64,000 nucleotides of DNA from Opitutia bacterium (GTDB lineage: Bacteria > Verrucomicrobiota > Verrucomicrobiia > Opitutales > Opitutaceae). Shown here in pieces: positions 19,072-28,046 of this stretch. Position 1 is the stretch's first letter; each line of letters begins with the position of its first letter. The notes beneath the pieces are model-generated. The model searched no databases and had not been told where the DNA came from. It saw only the letters and a program-made list of their open reading frames with translations. The stretch lies in assembly GCA_947478395.1 (NCBI GenBank), contig CANJVR010000001.1:512001-576000 (forward strand). The letters are read 5' to 3'. A program made the position numbers and the translations under genes.

Positions 19072-20126
19072 GCGGCGGGGTCTTCGTCGGGCTTGCCGGG
19101 TTTCTTGGGCGGCAAGCGCTCGGCCTTCTTCAAGCGGCGCACGTGCTCCTCGAAATCTTTTTCCACCGGCGTCAATTCCGCCCCCGCAGCAAGCTGGCGC
19201 TGGCGGTATTTCTGCCACTCCCGTGCGGCCAGTTCTTGCGCGAGCTGGGCCGAAACCTTGCCGAGCCCGGGAAGGATGTCGCGGTCGTTGACCGTGAGGA
19301 AGGCATCGAGCTTCCGGTTCCAGTCCGCCATGCGCATGGTCTTCTTCGACATGGCTTGGAGTTCGCCGAAATCGATGAACTGCGAGACGAGGCGCTCCAG
19401 GATTTCCAGCTCCTCCTTGGTGAGGTAGTTTTTGGCCACGCCCACGTCTTCACGACGCGGTTTGGGGCCCTTCCACGTCATCAGCCCGGCGTAGGGTTTT
19501 TCGGCGCTGACGCGCTCGGCGATCAACTCGGCGGCGGTGTGCCCGTGCGTCGCCCAGTGGAGCTTGTTTTGCACGCGGGCGAAGAAGTGATCCGCCTCGG
19601 CCGTCTTACGGTCGTAGTCCACGCTGGTGGAAAACAGATCGAGCACCTTTTGATAAAACACCCGCTCTTCGAGCCGGATCGCCCGGATGCGCCGGAGCAA
19701 CTCCTCGAAGTAAGGGTTGCCCTGCTTCATGCGTTCATCGTCCAAGGCAAACCCCTTGAGGATATACTCGCGCAGGGTCTTGGTCGCCCAGATGCGGAAC
19801 TGCGTGCCGCGCGGCGACTTTACCCGGTAGCCCACCGAGATGATGACATCGAGGTTGTAGAACTCGATCTTGCGCAGCACCTCGCGCCCGCCCTCGGTTT
19901 GAACTGTTGCAAATTCTGCAACAGTTCCCGCCTGCTCCAACTCCTTCTCTTCGTAAACATTACTGATGTGGCGGGAGATCACAGACTTATCACGGTCAAA
20001 CAACTCCGCCAGCTGGTTAAGGCTCAGCCACACCGTGTCGCCTTGGAGAACGACATCCACCTTCACCGCGCCGTCTTCGGAGCGGTAAAAAATGATTTGG
20101 GATTCGGGGGGCGGTTGGTCGGGCAT
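19068..20126 (-). CDS. Virulence RhuM-family protein
   Basis: TVWLSLNQLAELF, ISRHISNVY, YNLDVIISVGYRVKS..GTQFRIWAT, FFARVQNKLHWA..GHTAAELI, AKNYL. Confidence 0.9.
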   Translation of the reverse strand: MPDQPPPESQIIFYRSEDGAVKVDVVLQGDTVWLSLNQLAELFDRDKSVISRHISNVYEEKELEQAGTVAEFATVQTEGGREVLRKIEFYNLDVIISVGYRVKSPRGTQFRIWATKTLREYILKGFALDDERMKQGNPYFEELLRRIRAIRLEERVFYQKVLDLFSTSVDYDRKTAEADHFFARVQNKLHWATHGHTAAELIAERVSAEKPYAGLMTWKGPKPRREDVGVAKNYLTKEELEILERLVSQFIDFGELQAMSKKTMRMADWNRKLDAFLTVNDRDILPGLGKVSAQLAQELAAREWQKYRQRQLAAGAELTPVEKDFEEHVRRLKKAERLPPKKPGKPDEDPAA

Positions 20127-20138
20127 GGTGGCGAGCGC

Positions 20139-22040
20139 TTACACCGTTTGGAACTGGATGCCGTGGCTTTTCATTTCGAGCACGGTGTTCGTCTTGAGCT
20201 CGTCGTTGCCGTGGAAACCCACGTCGAGGCAGAGCACGCGCTTGGGCGCGAGGGCGATGACGCCGCGCAAGCCTTCGCGGGTGAGCGTGCGGCCGAGGCA
20301 GATGACGAGTGCGCCCGCCGCGAGCAGGTGAACGGGCTGACCCGCCACGGTGCGCACCTCCACCGGCGAGCCGAGGGTGATGCCGGGGTGGCCGCACTTG
20401 AGGAGGATCTCCGCGAGGAGGTCTTCATCGCTGCGGCCGTCGTGGACGTTGTGGGCCATGAGTTCGAGCTGCCGGGCGAGCCCCTCGCCGTCGCGCGGCG
20501 CGGCCTCGCCGTCCCACACTTTGAAGTTGGACTCGTCGAGACGGTAGGCACGAAAACCCTCGGCGCGGGTGCCGCCGGTGGCGAGGTCGGCCTGGCGGCG
20601 TGCGATCACCCGGCGCACGCGCTCGCGGGTGATGTCGGCGATGGTCGGGAAATCGGTGCGCCCGGTTTTTTCGGGGAGCTGCACGAGGATGAATTTGCGG
20701 TCGCCGCCGTCCTGGCGGTTCAGCTCCAAAACGGCCTGCGCCGTCGTGCCGCTGCCGCCGAAGAAATCGAGGATCAGGTCGTCGGGTTTGCCGAGCTGAA
20801 GCAAAGTTTGAAGTAGCGCCACAGGCTTTGGCGCTTGGAACAGACCCGGCTTCACCAAATCATCGAAAACTGCCTGACCCTTCTCGGTGTGGAAGTCTCG
20901 GTCGATGAAAATGGTTTTAAGCTTTTTGCGCACGACTTCTCCATCGGCGTTAACTGGTCTTGCTTTGCGATATACCTTCCATCGCCCGTTTACCTGCCGA
21001 GCGTAAAGGTCGGCGCTTTCGGATTTCACTTTTGGCTCACCCCATGTCCAGCAACCTTCAAACCCGTCTTCCCACTTGGGCCAAATTTCAATGGGAGTTT
21101 CACTGCTGTGCTCTAACGAAACTTTGCCCGTGCTGGGGTTCGCGAAAATAGCATACCAAAGTTTGCGACGATTATGTCGGCCAAACTGACGATGCGTATT
21201 GCGCAATTCTAGAGAGCGGAAGGCTCCCTTCTCGTCGAACTCATCGAACTCATCGCGGATTTGATCGGCTGATTTCTCCACTCCTAAATCCTCTTCGAGA
21301 TACCCCTTGGAATATATGAGAACTAAATCATGGGTTCGTGCGAAATGAGGATCCAGGACACGACCTTTGGGGTTGGTTTGAACCGTTACCTGCGCCACGA
21401 AATTCTCCTCCCCGAACACCTCGTCCATGAGCAGGCGGAGGTTGTGGACCTCGTGGTCGTCGATGGAGACGAAGATGACGCCGTCGTCGCGCAGGAGATT
21501 GCGGGCGAGGGCGAGGCGCGGGTGCATGAGCTTCAGCCAATCGCTGTGGTAGCGGCCGCTGGTCTCGGCATTGGTCGAGAGCGTTTGCCCGGTGATTTCT
21601 TTGTAGTGGGCCACGCCGGCGCGGAAATCGTCGGGGTAAACGAAGTCGTTACCGGTGTTATACGGCGGGTCGATGTAGATGAGTTTCACCGCGCCGGCGT
21701 AGGCCGACTGGAGCAGTTTGAGGACGTGCAGGTTGTCGCCCTCGATGATGAGGTTTTCCGTCGCATCCCACGCGACCGAGGCGGCGGCATCGGGTCGCAA
21801 GGTGCCGTGACTGGGGGCGAGCGTCTCGCGCAGGGCCTCGGCGCGACCGGCGTAGGAGAGCCCGTAGCGTTCGGGCGAGGACGATACGGCGGCGGCGCCA
21901 ACCAGCTCGGCGAGGCGGGCGGGCACGAGTTTACCCTCGGCAAAAGCGCCGGGCAGAAGCTCGCGAAGACGAGCGAGGCGCTCGGCGGCGAGATCGGGTG
22001 AAGTGAGGGGCAGGCGCGCGGGCTTGGCAGAGTCACTCAT
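20139..22040 (-). CDS. mod: Type III R-M N6-adenine DNA methyltransferase (Mod subunit)
   Basis: NLIIEGDNL, IYIDPPYNTG, PKPVALL, ILDFFGGSGTTAQAV; start at MSDSAK. Confidence 0.95.
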   Translation of the reverse strand: MSDSAKPARLPLTSPDLAAERLARLRELLPGAFAEGKLVPARLAELVGAAAVSSSPERYGLSYAGRAEALRETLAPSHGTLRPDAAASVAWDATENLIIEGDNLHVLKLLQSAYAGAVKLIYIDPPYNTGNDFVYPDDFRAGVAHYKEITGQTLSTNAETSGRYHSDWLKLMHPRLALARNLLRDDGVIFVSIDDHEVHNLRLLMDEVFGEENFVAQVTVQTNPKGRVLDPHFARTHDLVLIYSKGYLEEDLGVEKSADQIRDEFDEFDEKGAFRSLELRNTHRQFGRHNRRKLWYAIFANPSTGKVSLEHSSETPIEIWPKWEDGFEGCWTWGEPKVKSESADLYARQVNGRWKVYRKARPVNADGEVVRKKLKTIFIDRDFHTEKGQAVFDDLVKPGLFQAPKPVALLQTLLQLGKPDDLILDFFGGSGTTAQAVLELNRQDGGDRKFILVQLPEKTGRTDFPTIADITRERVRRVIARRQADLATGGTRAEGFRAYRLDESNFKVWDGEAAPRDGEGLARQLELMAHNVHDGRSDEDLLAEILLKCGHPGITLGSPVEVRTVAGQPVHLLAAGALVICLGRTLTREGLRGVIALAPKRVLCLDVGFHGNDELKTNTVLEMKSHGIQFQTV

Positions 22041-22997
22041 TTGTAAAAGCCGATAAAACAGACGGATGACCGAGGCCGTCAACGCTGCGCGCGGGCGAAT
22101 TTGCCGATGCATCAAAACGCGCGTGAATGGCGGTCGTTGCATCGCGCCGGGGGCTAGGCCCGGCGCAAGGCCGGAGCGGGAGCGCAGGCCGGGCGCTTCG
22201 CGACGGCGGCGGAGATCCGCGCTAGCGGGTCGGAGACGACGCCGCGAGGCGTAGGGGCAACCCCGACTAAGTCGGGGGCGCAGCCGCGACGTGTCGAGGC
22301 GGAGTGCCGGGGCGCGGGGGGCGGAGGAAGCGCCTTTTCACGCCGGAACGGTCGGCGTCGGCTCGGAGCGCAGCTCTTAGGCGTAGCGGAGAGGCGACGG
22401 CGTCCGTGGAGGCGTTTCGATCAGGACGTGGAATGTGGGTGACCGCGCGCAGCGCCGCCCCGGCCTGACCGGGGCGAGCGCGCGGGCACCGCGAGAGCCG
22501 GGCCATGCGGACCCGGCCGTAGGTCGCGCCAGCGACCGGAGCCGCAGGCCGAGACGTGAGCGCAGCGAACGCGAGCGGGCACGCCGACCCGCCGCCACGG
22601 CGCAGAGCGTGAGCGAACGCCGTGGTTTGCGCGGCGGTTGAGGCGAGCCCGGTAGCCTGCCGGGCGCAGCGGGGTCCCCGCCGGTCTGAACAGGACGGGC
22701 GCGACTCAGGCGTCGGGAGCGTAGCGGACGACGGCTGTGACGCGACGGCGCGGGCCCACGGAGCGCCGCTTCGCGCGGGCCACTGCACCGCGCAGGCCGT
22801 CCCCGGCGGGGTTGCACTCCAGAGGACGGAGCGGCTTGGCCCGGAGCGCGCGAGCGCGGAGGGCTGGGCGGGCCGGAGGCGCGACCACCGCGGAGGAGCA
22901 AGCAGACGGCGTGACAGGCCGGAGGCTCGGCGCAGGGCTGGCGCGACGTGTGCCGCTTGGTTGATTGGGCGGTTTTTCGCGGGCGATTTCGACTCGC

Positions 22998-24014
22998 CGA
23001 ATACCACCGCGTGTCCCACCGGAATACCACCCGGTATCCCGTCCCCTAGCACCTGGGACACGAACCCGGGTGCTAGACCGGGACATATCCCGGGATCTAT
23101 TCTTCTAAAGAAGAAGGGGGAGAGCATCGCTATCGCTCTCCCCACTTCTTTCGGCGGGACAGACAAACCGCGCGGCGTCGAGGTCGGTGTCCCAGGCGGC
23201 GGCATGGCGTGGGTTGCGCCGTGTGCGCGCCCGGAGTCACCTGACACTAAGCGTCACTTTTGCCGAGGTGACGCTAAGGGCGACACTAGCGACTGACACT
23301 ATTCTTCTAAAGAAGAAGGGAGCGAGCTACGCTATCGCTCGCCTCCCTTCTTTCGACGGGACGGAGCCGAGCCGCGCGCGTCGTGCGGAGTGGTTGGCTA
23401 CGTTGTGGCGCGAGGTGGCGCGGCGCGACGTGGTTGGCCTTGGGTAACCCACGAAGGACGGCGAGGCGGCGTGGGTGACGAAACGAGGTAGGGCGCAAAC
23501 TGCACCTGTCTTCACCTGCTTGCATCTAGCTACTCAATAGCGTTTTGCGGGCGATTTAAGCCGTCGATTTCGAGGCGGGCGGCGTTGCGGCAACCATGTA
23601 TCCCCTGCCTCCTTTGCGTGGCGTAAAACGAACGCGCGGGCCATTGGGCGCGATTCTGGAAGCCGGGTTGCGGGCGCGATTCGTTGCGTCGGTTTGAGGG
23701 TTGGGTGGCAGGCGTCGCGGTGCACCACGGCGGGTGCGTGGTGGGGTTTGCGCGGTGTGTGCGACGGGACGCGGCATGGGGGCGGCGTGGCCTGGCTGGG
23801 TCATGAACCACGGCGGCGCGCGCGGCTTTTCCGTTTGCCCGTCGAAAGAAGGTGGGGGAGGAGCAAAGCGATCTCCTCCCCACCTTCTTCTTTAGAAGAA
23901 TAGCACCAGGTGCTGCACCAGTCTTAGCACCACCCCCATTTCACTGGTGCTTAGAACTGGGGTGGTGCCGGGAAAAACCACCTCGGCGCCACCCTGGTGC
24001 TCGCGGTGGTGCCG
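22998..24014. repeat. Three related structured modules (two direct, one inverted) with identical 21-bp core CTATTCTTCTAAAGAAGAAGG; putative origin/priming sites
   Basis: Core at 23097-23117 (+), 23299-23319 (+) and 23883-23903 (-). Each core is followed by a GC-rich hairpin and CTTCTTTCG(A/G)CGGG...CCGCGCG, and preceded by its own cluster of 6-7 bp repeats. Confidence 0.85.
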
Positions 24015-24028
24015 GGTGGCGCGGGAGG

Positions 24029-25276
24029 TCACGCCGCCCGCGAAAGCGGCGCGGTTTCGGCAGAGCGGTCACACGTGACCGGATCGACGTGGGCGGCTGC
24101 GGGTTGGACGTGCATGGCGGGCGCGGTCGAGGCGGGGACGATGTTGAAAAACGCCTCGGCTTCGGCGGGCGTTTTTAGGTCGAGGTAGTGTTTGCGGATG
24201 ATCGACTCGGAGTTGCCCGCCTGGAGCGCGGCCTCGCCCATCGAACGATACTTGGCGACGTGCATCGAGATGAACGTGTGCCGCATGATGTCGTGCGAGA
24301 GCGTGAACTTTTCCGCGACGGCGGCGCGGGTGTGTTGCAGGTTGGCGGGGATGATCGGGAAGCGGTCGAGCGGGTAAGCGCGGAGCCACGCGGCGAGGTT
24401 GGGCTGGATGGTGACGGCGCGTTTCATGCGGACTTTCGAGACCTCGGGTTCGATGAGGATGACGCCGGTATCAAGGCGCACGTGTTCGGGGCGGAGTTTG
24501 AGGATCTCCCCCGTGCGCACGCAGGGGCGGATTCCTGCGAAGAGGGCGAGGGCGAAGAACGGCACGAGCGAGCCGCCGTCGATCTGTTCAACGTGGTGCA
24601 TGAGTGCGGTGGCTTGCGCGGCGCTGAGCGTGGTCGCGGAGCCGCGCCGGTGGGCGATGCGGAGGTGGGGGACTTTTTCGAGGGGGTTGGCGGCGACCCA
24701 GTCTTGGCAGAACGCGAATTTGAAGAACGTGAAGAGCACGCCGCGACGGTTGTTAAACGTCTTGGGCTTCGGGTTGCCCAGCTGGCAATGCGCGGCAAGG
24801 GCTTCGCGGGAGAGCGTGGAGAGCGGCTGGCCGGGGAAGGCGGAGACGAGGTTTTCCAGGCGGATGCGGATGTCCTTGAGTTGGCAGGTGGAGAGCATGC
24901 CTTGCGCCTCCTCTTTTTTCTTGGACGCGAGATAAGCGGTGACGGCGGCATCGACGGTGATCTCGCGCTCGGGGGCGCGGTAGTTGGCGAGGGCGTAGTC
25001 GAGGTAGAACGCGAGGGGCTTGGGCGCGTCGGCGAGGCGGCGAAACGCGGCCTCGGATTGGCGGAGCTGGTCGTCGGTGAGGAAGGTGGAGGCGCTGCGG
25101 ACGTTGCTGGCGGCTTGCGCGGCCTTGGCTTCGAGGGCGGCGCGTTCGGCTCCGGCCTCCTCGCGGGTTTTGAAGTTCCGGCGGATGCGGAGGCCGTGAA
25201 GACGGCCATCGACTCGCCAAGAGGTGACGCCGTTGCGGTTGAGAAACCGGGTAACGGTGAATGCGGACTGCGGCAT
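24029..25276 (-). CDS. Tyrosine recombinase / integrase
   Basis: Catalytic residues: FAGIRP (R), SKV (K), HDIMRHTF (HxxR), AGNS in place of GHS, RKHYL (Y); adjacent to tRNA. Confidence 0.93.
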   Translation of the reverse strand: MPQSAFTVTRFLNRNGVTSWRVDGRLHGLRIRRNFKTREEAGAERAALEAKAAQAASNVRSASTFLTDDQLRQSEAAFRRLADAPKPLAFYLDYALANYRAPEREITVDAAVTAYLASKKKEEAQGMLSTCQLKDIRIRLENLVSAFPGQPLSTLSREALAAHCQLGNPKPKTFNNRRGVLFTFFKFAFCQDWVAANPLEKVPHLRIAHRRGSATTLSAAQATALMHHVEQIDGGSLVPFFALALFAGIRPCVRTGEILKLRPEHVRLDTGVILIEPEVSKVRMKRAVTIQPNLAAWLRAYPLDRFPIIPANLQHTRAAVAEKFTLSHDIMRHTFISMHVAKYRSMGEAALQAGNSESIIRKHYLDLKTPAEAEAFFNIVPASTAPAMHVQPAAAHVDPVTCDRSAETAPLSRAA

Positions 25277-25280
25277 GTGT

Positions 25281-25308
25281 TAGGTTGCCACGTCAACTGG
25301 GCAACCTA
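25281..25308. promoter_or_regulatory. Inverted repeat upstream of the integrase (putative arm-type/operator site)
   Basis: taggttgcc-N10-ggcaaccta; near-identical copy at 15642-15669; gacaacct/ggcaacct at 15846-15864. Confidence 0.6.
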
Positions 25309-25340
25309 GCGGGCGAAAACTCCTCGTCAGAGGAGAAAAC

Positions 25341-25430
25341 TGGCGGAGAGGGAGGGATTCGAACCCCCGGTGACCTTTCGGCCACACCTGATTTCGAGTC
25401 AGGCGCGTTAGACCACTCTGCCACCTCTCC
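25341..25430 (-). tRNA. tRNA-Ser(CGA)
   Basis: ggagaggtggcagagtggtctaacgcgcctgact-CGA-aatcagg, long variable arm, ggttcgaatcc, CCA end. Confidence 0.97.
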
Positions 25431-25702
25431 GGCACGCGAACGCGGCAACGTAGGCCACACCCTCGAAAACGGAAGCCGAAAATCAGCCGCCACCTACAAC
25501 TCCCCTATTTGAGTCCAGTCAGGGATACGTCGGCGGCCCATCGCGGATTACCGGCCGCGAGAGGACCTGCAAAACGAGATCACAATCGGAAACGGCGTGT
25601 AAACTGAATGTCCGACCGGAGTGTAACGTATCACGCTAAACTCGACGATCGCAGCGAAAGCAGCGGACACCCTGGGCTCACGCCAAAGATGAGAAACGCG
25701 AC

Positions 25703-26116
25703 TCAAAGGTTCTCGTCGTCCCCGCGACCGGCCTCGGTCTGATTGGCCGGGAGATGATGGGGCAGAACCAAATAATAATTCATCAGCCACCAGCTGCGGG
25801 ACGAACGGTAAAATAAAATCGGAAAAACGATCGCCCCTACGCCAGCGAGGATGGTCGCACCGCGGCCGGAGATGACGCCGGAAAGATAGCACACGAGCAC
25901 CGGCACCAAAAATCCGGCGATCGTCACACCGTAATTTAACGACATCGAGCCGAGGAAAAACCCCTCGTCGTTCGCGCGCTCGATCTTGAGACCACACTCA
26001 CCACATTCACGGTTCACTTGGAAAAGAGTGTCTTCCTTGAAGAGGGTGCGCGCCCCACAGTTGGGGCAACGATTGGTGAGACCTCGGGTGATAATTTGGC
26101 CACGCGTGACTTTCAT
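25703..26116 (-). CDS. DUF983-like membrane protein with Zn-ribbon
   Basis: RGLTNRCPNCG..LF, CGECG, EGFFLG, two hydrophobic segments, FYRSSRSWW. Confidence 0.75.
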   Translation of the reverse strand: MKVTRGQIITRGLTNRCPNCGARTLFKEDTLFQVNRECGECGLKIERANDEGFFLGSMSLNYGVTIAGFLVPVLVCYLSGVISGRGATILAGVGAIVFPILFYRSSRSWWLMNYYLVLPHHLPANQTEAGRGDDENL

Positions 26117-26200
26117 GCTGATAGACGAGTCGACGACTAACCACGGAATGCACGGATCACACGGATAAAAATGCCACCGGCCGAAAAAGCGGCGTGTTAG

Positions 26201-26331
26201 AGCGGTTTAACCAAAAGCGTAGCCGCTAACGACGTAGCGGCAGGCGTCCCTGCCTGCCGATACGAGAACGCGGAACCCGGCAGGCAGGGACGCCTGCCGC
26301 TCCACAAAACGGCCACAGAAAAAGATAAACC
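26201..26331 (+). repeat. REP-like family A copy (most complete)
   Basis: aaagcgtagccgctaacgacGTAGcggcaggcgtccctgcctgccg...cggcaggcagggacgcctgccgctccacaaaacggccacagaaaa. Confidence 0.85.
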
Positions 26332-26389
26332 TCTCCAGCGAGTCGCCCAGCGCTTCACCCGTGTTGCGATGAACACCTAGAGGATTCAG

Positions 26390-26455
26390 GTGGGCGGGGG
26401 CCCTCACCCGCGTGGGCTCATTCCAAAAAAACAGCGTGAGGGCACCCCGCCCACA
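26390..26455. repeat. REP-like family B (GTGG type) inverted pair
   Basis: gtgggcgggggccctcacccgcg ... gcgtgagggcaccccgcccac; related half-copies near 9035-9058 and 54963-54988. Confidence 0.65.
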
Positions 26456-26482
26456 GCTCTGCGGAATCCAAAACTCACCGAC

Positions 26483-26515
26483 AAAAAAGGCGCTGCGCCC
26501 GGAAGCGCAGCGCCT
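26483..26515 (-). terminator. Intrinsic terminator of rpsB-tsf
   Basis: aggcgctgcgc-loop-gcgcagcgcct stem followed by a T6 tract on the minus strand. Confidence 0.85.
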
Positions 26516-26541
26516 GTAAGAGCAATTGCAATCAACCCGGC

Positions 26542-27141
26542 TTAGCCGCCGAGTTGGAAGCGGATGAAACGGCGGACGATGATATTCTCACCCGTTTTGA
26601 CGGTATTTTCCGTGAGCATTTCCTTCACGGTTTTCTCCGGCTGCTTCACGAAGGGCTGATCCACGAGGCACACGGTGGAGTAGAATTTCTCCAGTTTGCC
26701 CTCGACGATCTTTTGGACGGCGGCCGGCGGCTTGCCGACGACTTGGGCCGCGGCGATCTCGCGTTCCTTGGCCACATCGGCCTCGGGCACTTGATCGCGC
26801 GTCACGTACAGCGGGCTGGCGGCGGCAATTTGAAGACAGATGTCTTTCGCAAACGCACGGAACTCGTCGTTGCGGGCGACAAAATCCGTCTCGCAGTTGA
26901 CCTCGATCATCACGCCGACTTTGCCGCCGACGTGAATATAGCTCTCGATGAGGCCTTCCTTGGCGACGCGGTCAGCCTTCTTGGCGGCCGACGCCGCGCC
27001 TTTTTTGCGCAGCAGCGTGACGGCTTCCTCGACGTTACCGTTGGTTTCAACCAGGGCGCGTTTGCAGTCCATGAGACCCGCACCTGTGTTGGTGCGCAGC
27101 TCATTGACCATTTGGGCAGAGATAGGGACGGGAGTGCTCAT
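26542..27141 (-). CDS. tsf: Elongation factor Ts (short form)
   Basis: [37 protein letters not shown]; downstream of rpsB. Confidence 0.97.
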   Translation of the reverse strand: MSTPVPISAQMVNELRTNTGAGLMDCKRALVETNGNVEEAVTLLRKKGAASAAKKADRVAKEGLIESYIHVGGKVGVMIEVNCETDFVARNDEFRAFAKDICLQIAAASPLYVTRDQVPEADVAKEREIAAAQVVGKPPAAVQKIVEGKLEKFYSTVCLVDQPFVKQPEKTVKEMLTENTVKTGENIIVRRFIRFQLGG

Positions 27142-27167
27142 TCCGGGTAAAATTTACGGGGAAAAAC

Positions 27168-28046
27168 TTATTCCGCCTTCACCGGCGCTTTGCGCGGACG
27201 GACGACTTTCTTCACGACGGCGGGTTGCTCGACATCGCCTTCGACCACGGCAGCAACGCCGGCGGGAAGTTCAACCTTCGAAAGATCGATTTCGGAGGCC
27301 GACACCGGCGCGTGGGCGGCGGCTTGAGCGCCCGCACCGCGCTCGGCGCGACGCGTGTCGCGCTGCGCCAGACCGGCCTGAATCGCAGCGACGATGGTGT
27401 CGACGATGATGCGGACGGACTTCACGGCGTCATCGTTGCCCGGGATGGGATGAGAAACAGTGCTAGGATCGGAGTTCGTGTCGACGAGACCGATGCACGG
27501 GATACCCGAGCGGGCCGCTTCGGCGCAGGCGATGGCTTCGTGGTTCACGTCGACGACGAACATCGCGTTTGGCAGTCCGGGCATGTCGACGATGCCGCTG
27601 AAGTTCTTCTGCATGCGAACCATCTCGCGCTTGATCGCGGATTCTTCCTTGCGGGAGAACTTCGAGAGTTCGCCGGCCGTCTCCATCGCCTGATATTTCT
27701 TATACTTGGCGATCGATTTCTTGACGGTCTCGTAATTGGTGAGCGTTCCGCCGAGCCAGCGGTCGACGCAGAAAGGCATGTTGGTGGCCGCCGCGGCTTC
27801 GCGGACGATTTCCTTGGCCTGGCGCTTGGTGCCGACGAGAAGGACGTTGCCGCCGCCGGCGACTTTGTCTTCGAGGAAAGCGCAGGCTTTTTCGAGGGCG
27901 GCATGGGTCTTGCCGAGATCGATGATCGTGATGCCCTGGCGGTGATCGAAGATGAAAGGCTTCGAACGCGGATTCCAACGCTTGGTCTGGTGGCCGAAGT
28001 GAACGCCGGCGTCGAGGAGGTCTTTGGGACTGATGCTAATGCTCAT
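27168..28046 (-). CDS. rpsB: 30S ribosomal protein S2
   Basis: LLDAGVHFGHQTKRWNP, RWLGGTLTN, VDTNSDP, PGNDDA. Confidence 0.98.
   Translation of the reverse strand: MSISISPKDLLDAGVHFGHQTKRWNPRSKPFIFDHRQGITIIDLGKTHAALEKACAFLEDKVAGGGNVLLVGTKRQAKEIVREAAAATNMPFCVDRWLGGTLTNYETVKKSIAKYKKYQAMETAGELSKFSRKEESAIKREMVRMQKNFSGIVDMPGLPNAMFVVDVNHEAIACAEAARSGIPCIGLVDTNSDPSTVSHPIPGNDDAVKSVRIIVDTIVAAIQAGLAQRDTRRAERGAGAQAAAHAPVSASEIDLSKVELPAGVAAVVEGDVEQPAVVKKVVRPRKAPVKAE

Larger units (their letters stand above)
15702..25365. mobile_element. ~9.7 kb integrative element in the tRNA-Ser(CGA) 3' end carrying a type III R-M system
   Basis: 25-bp direct repeats at both ends, tyrosine integrase next to the tRNA, GGCAACCT motifs near both ends. 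Confidence 0.93.

Noticed and set aside
17353..20816. Long plus-strand ORFs (691 aa and 557 aa) opposite res/rhuM/mod
   Set aside because: Antisense shadows of well-supported genes in high-GC DNA; no recognisable motifs.
21700..22100. Phase-variable (phasevarion) mod
   Set aside because: No simple-sequence repeat tract seen at the 5' end or promoter; the reading frame is intact.
22267..23296. ORFs of 217-326 aa in the element's intergenic block as possible Rep/Mob genes
   Set aside because: Low-complexity A/R/P/G translations without HUH, primase, helicase or HTH motifs; the DNA is better explained by hairpins and repeats. A profile search would settle this.
23097..23903. The 21-bp repeats as a CRISPR array
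   Set aside because: Only three copies, irregular spacing (~200 and ~560 bp), one inverted, and no cas genes.
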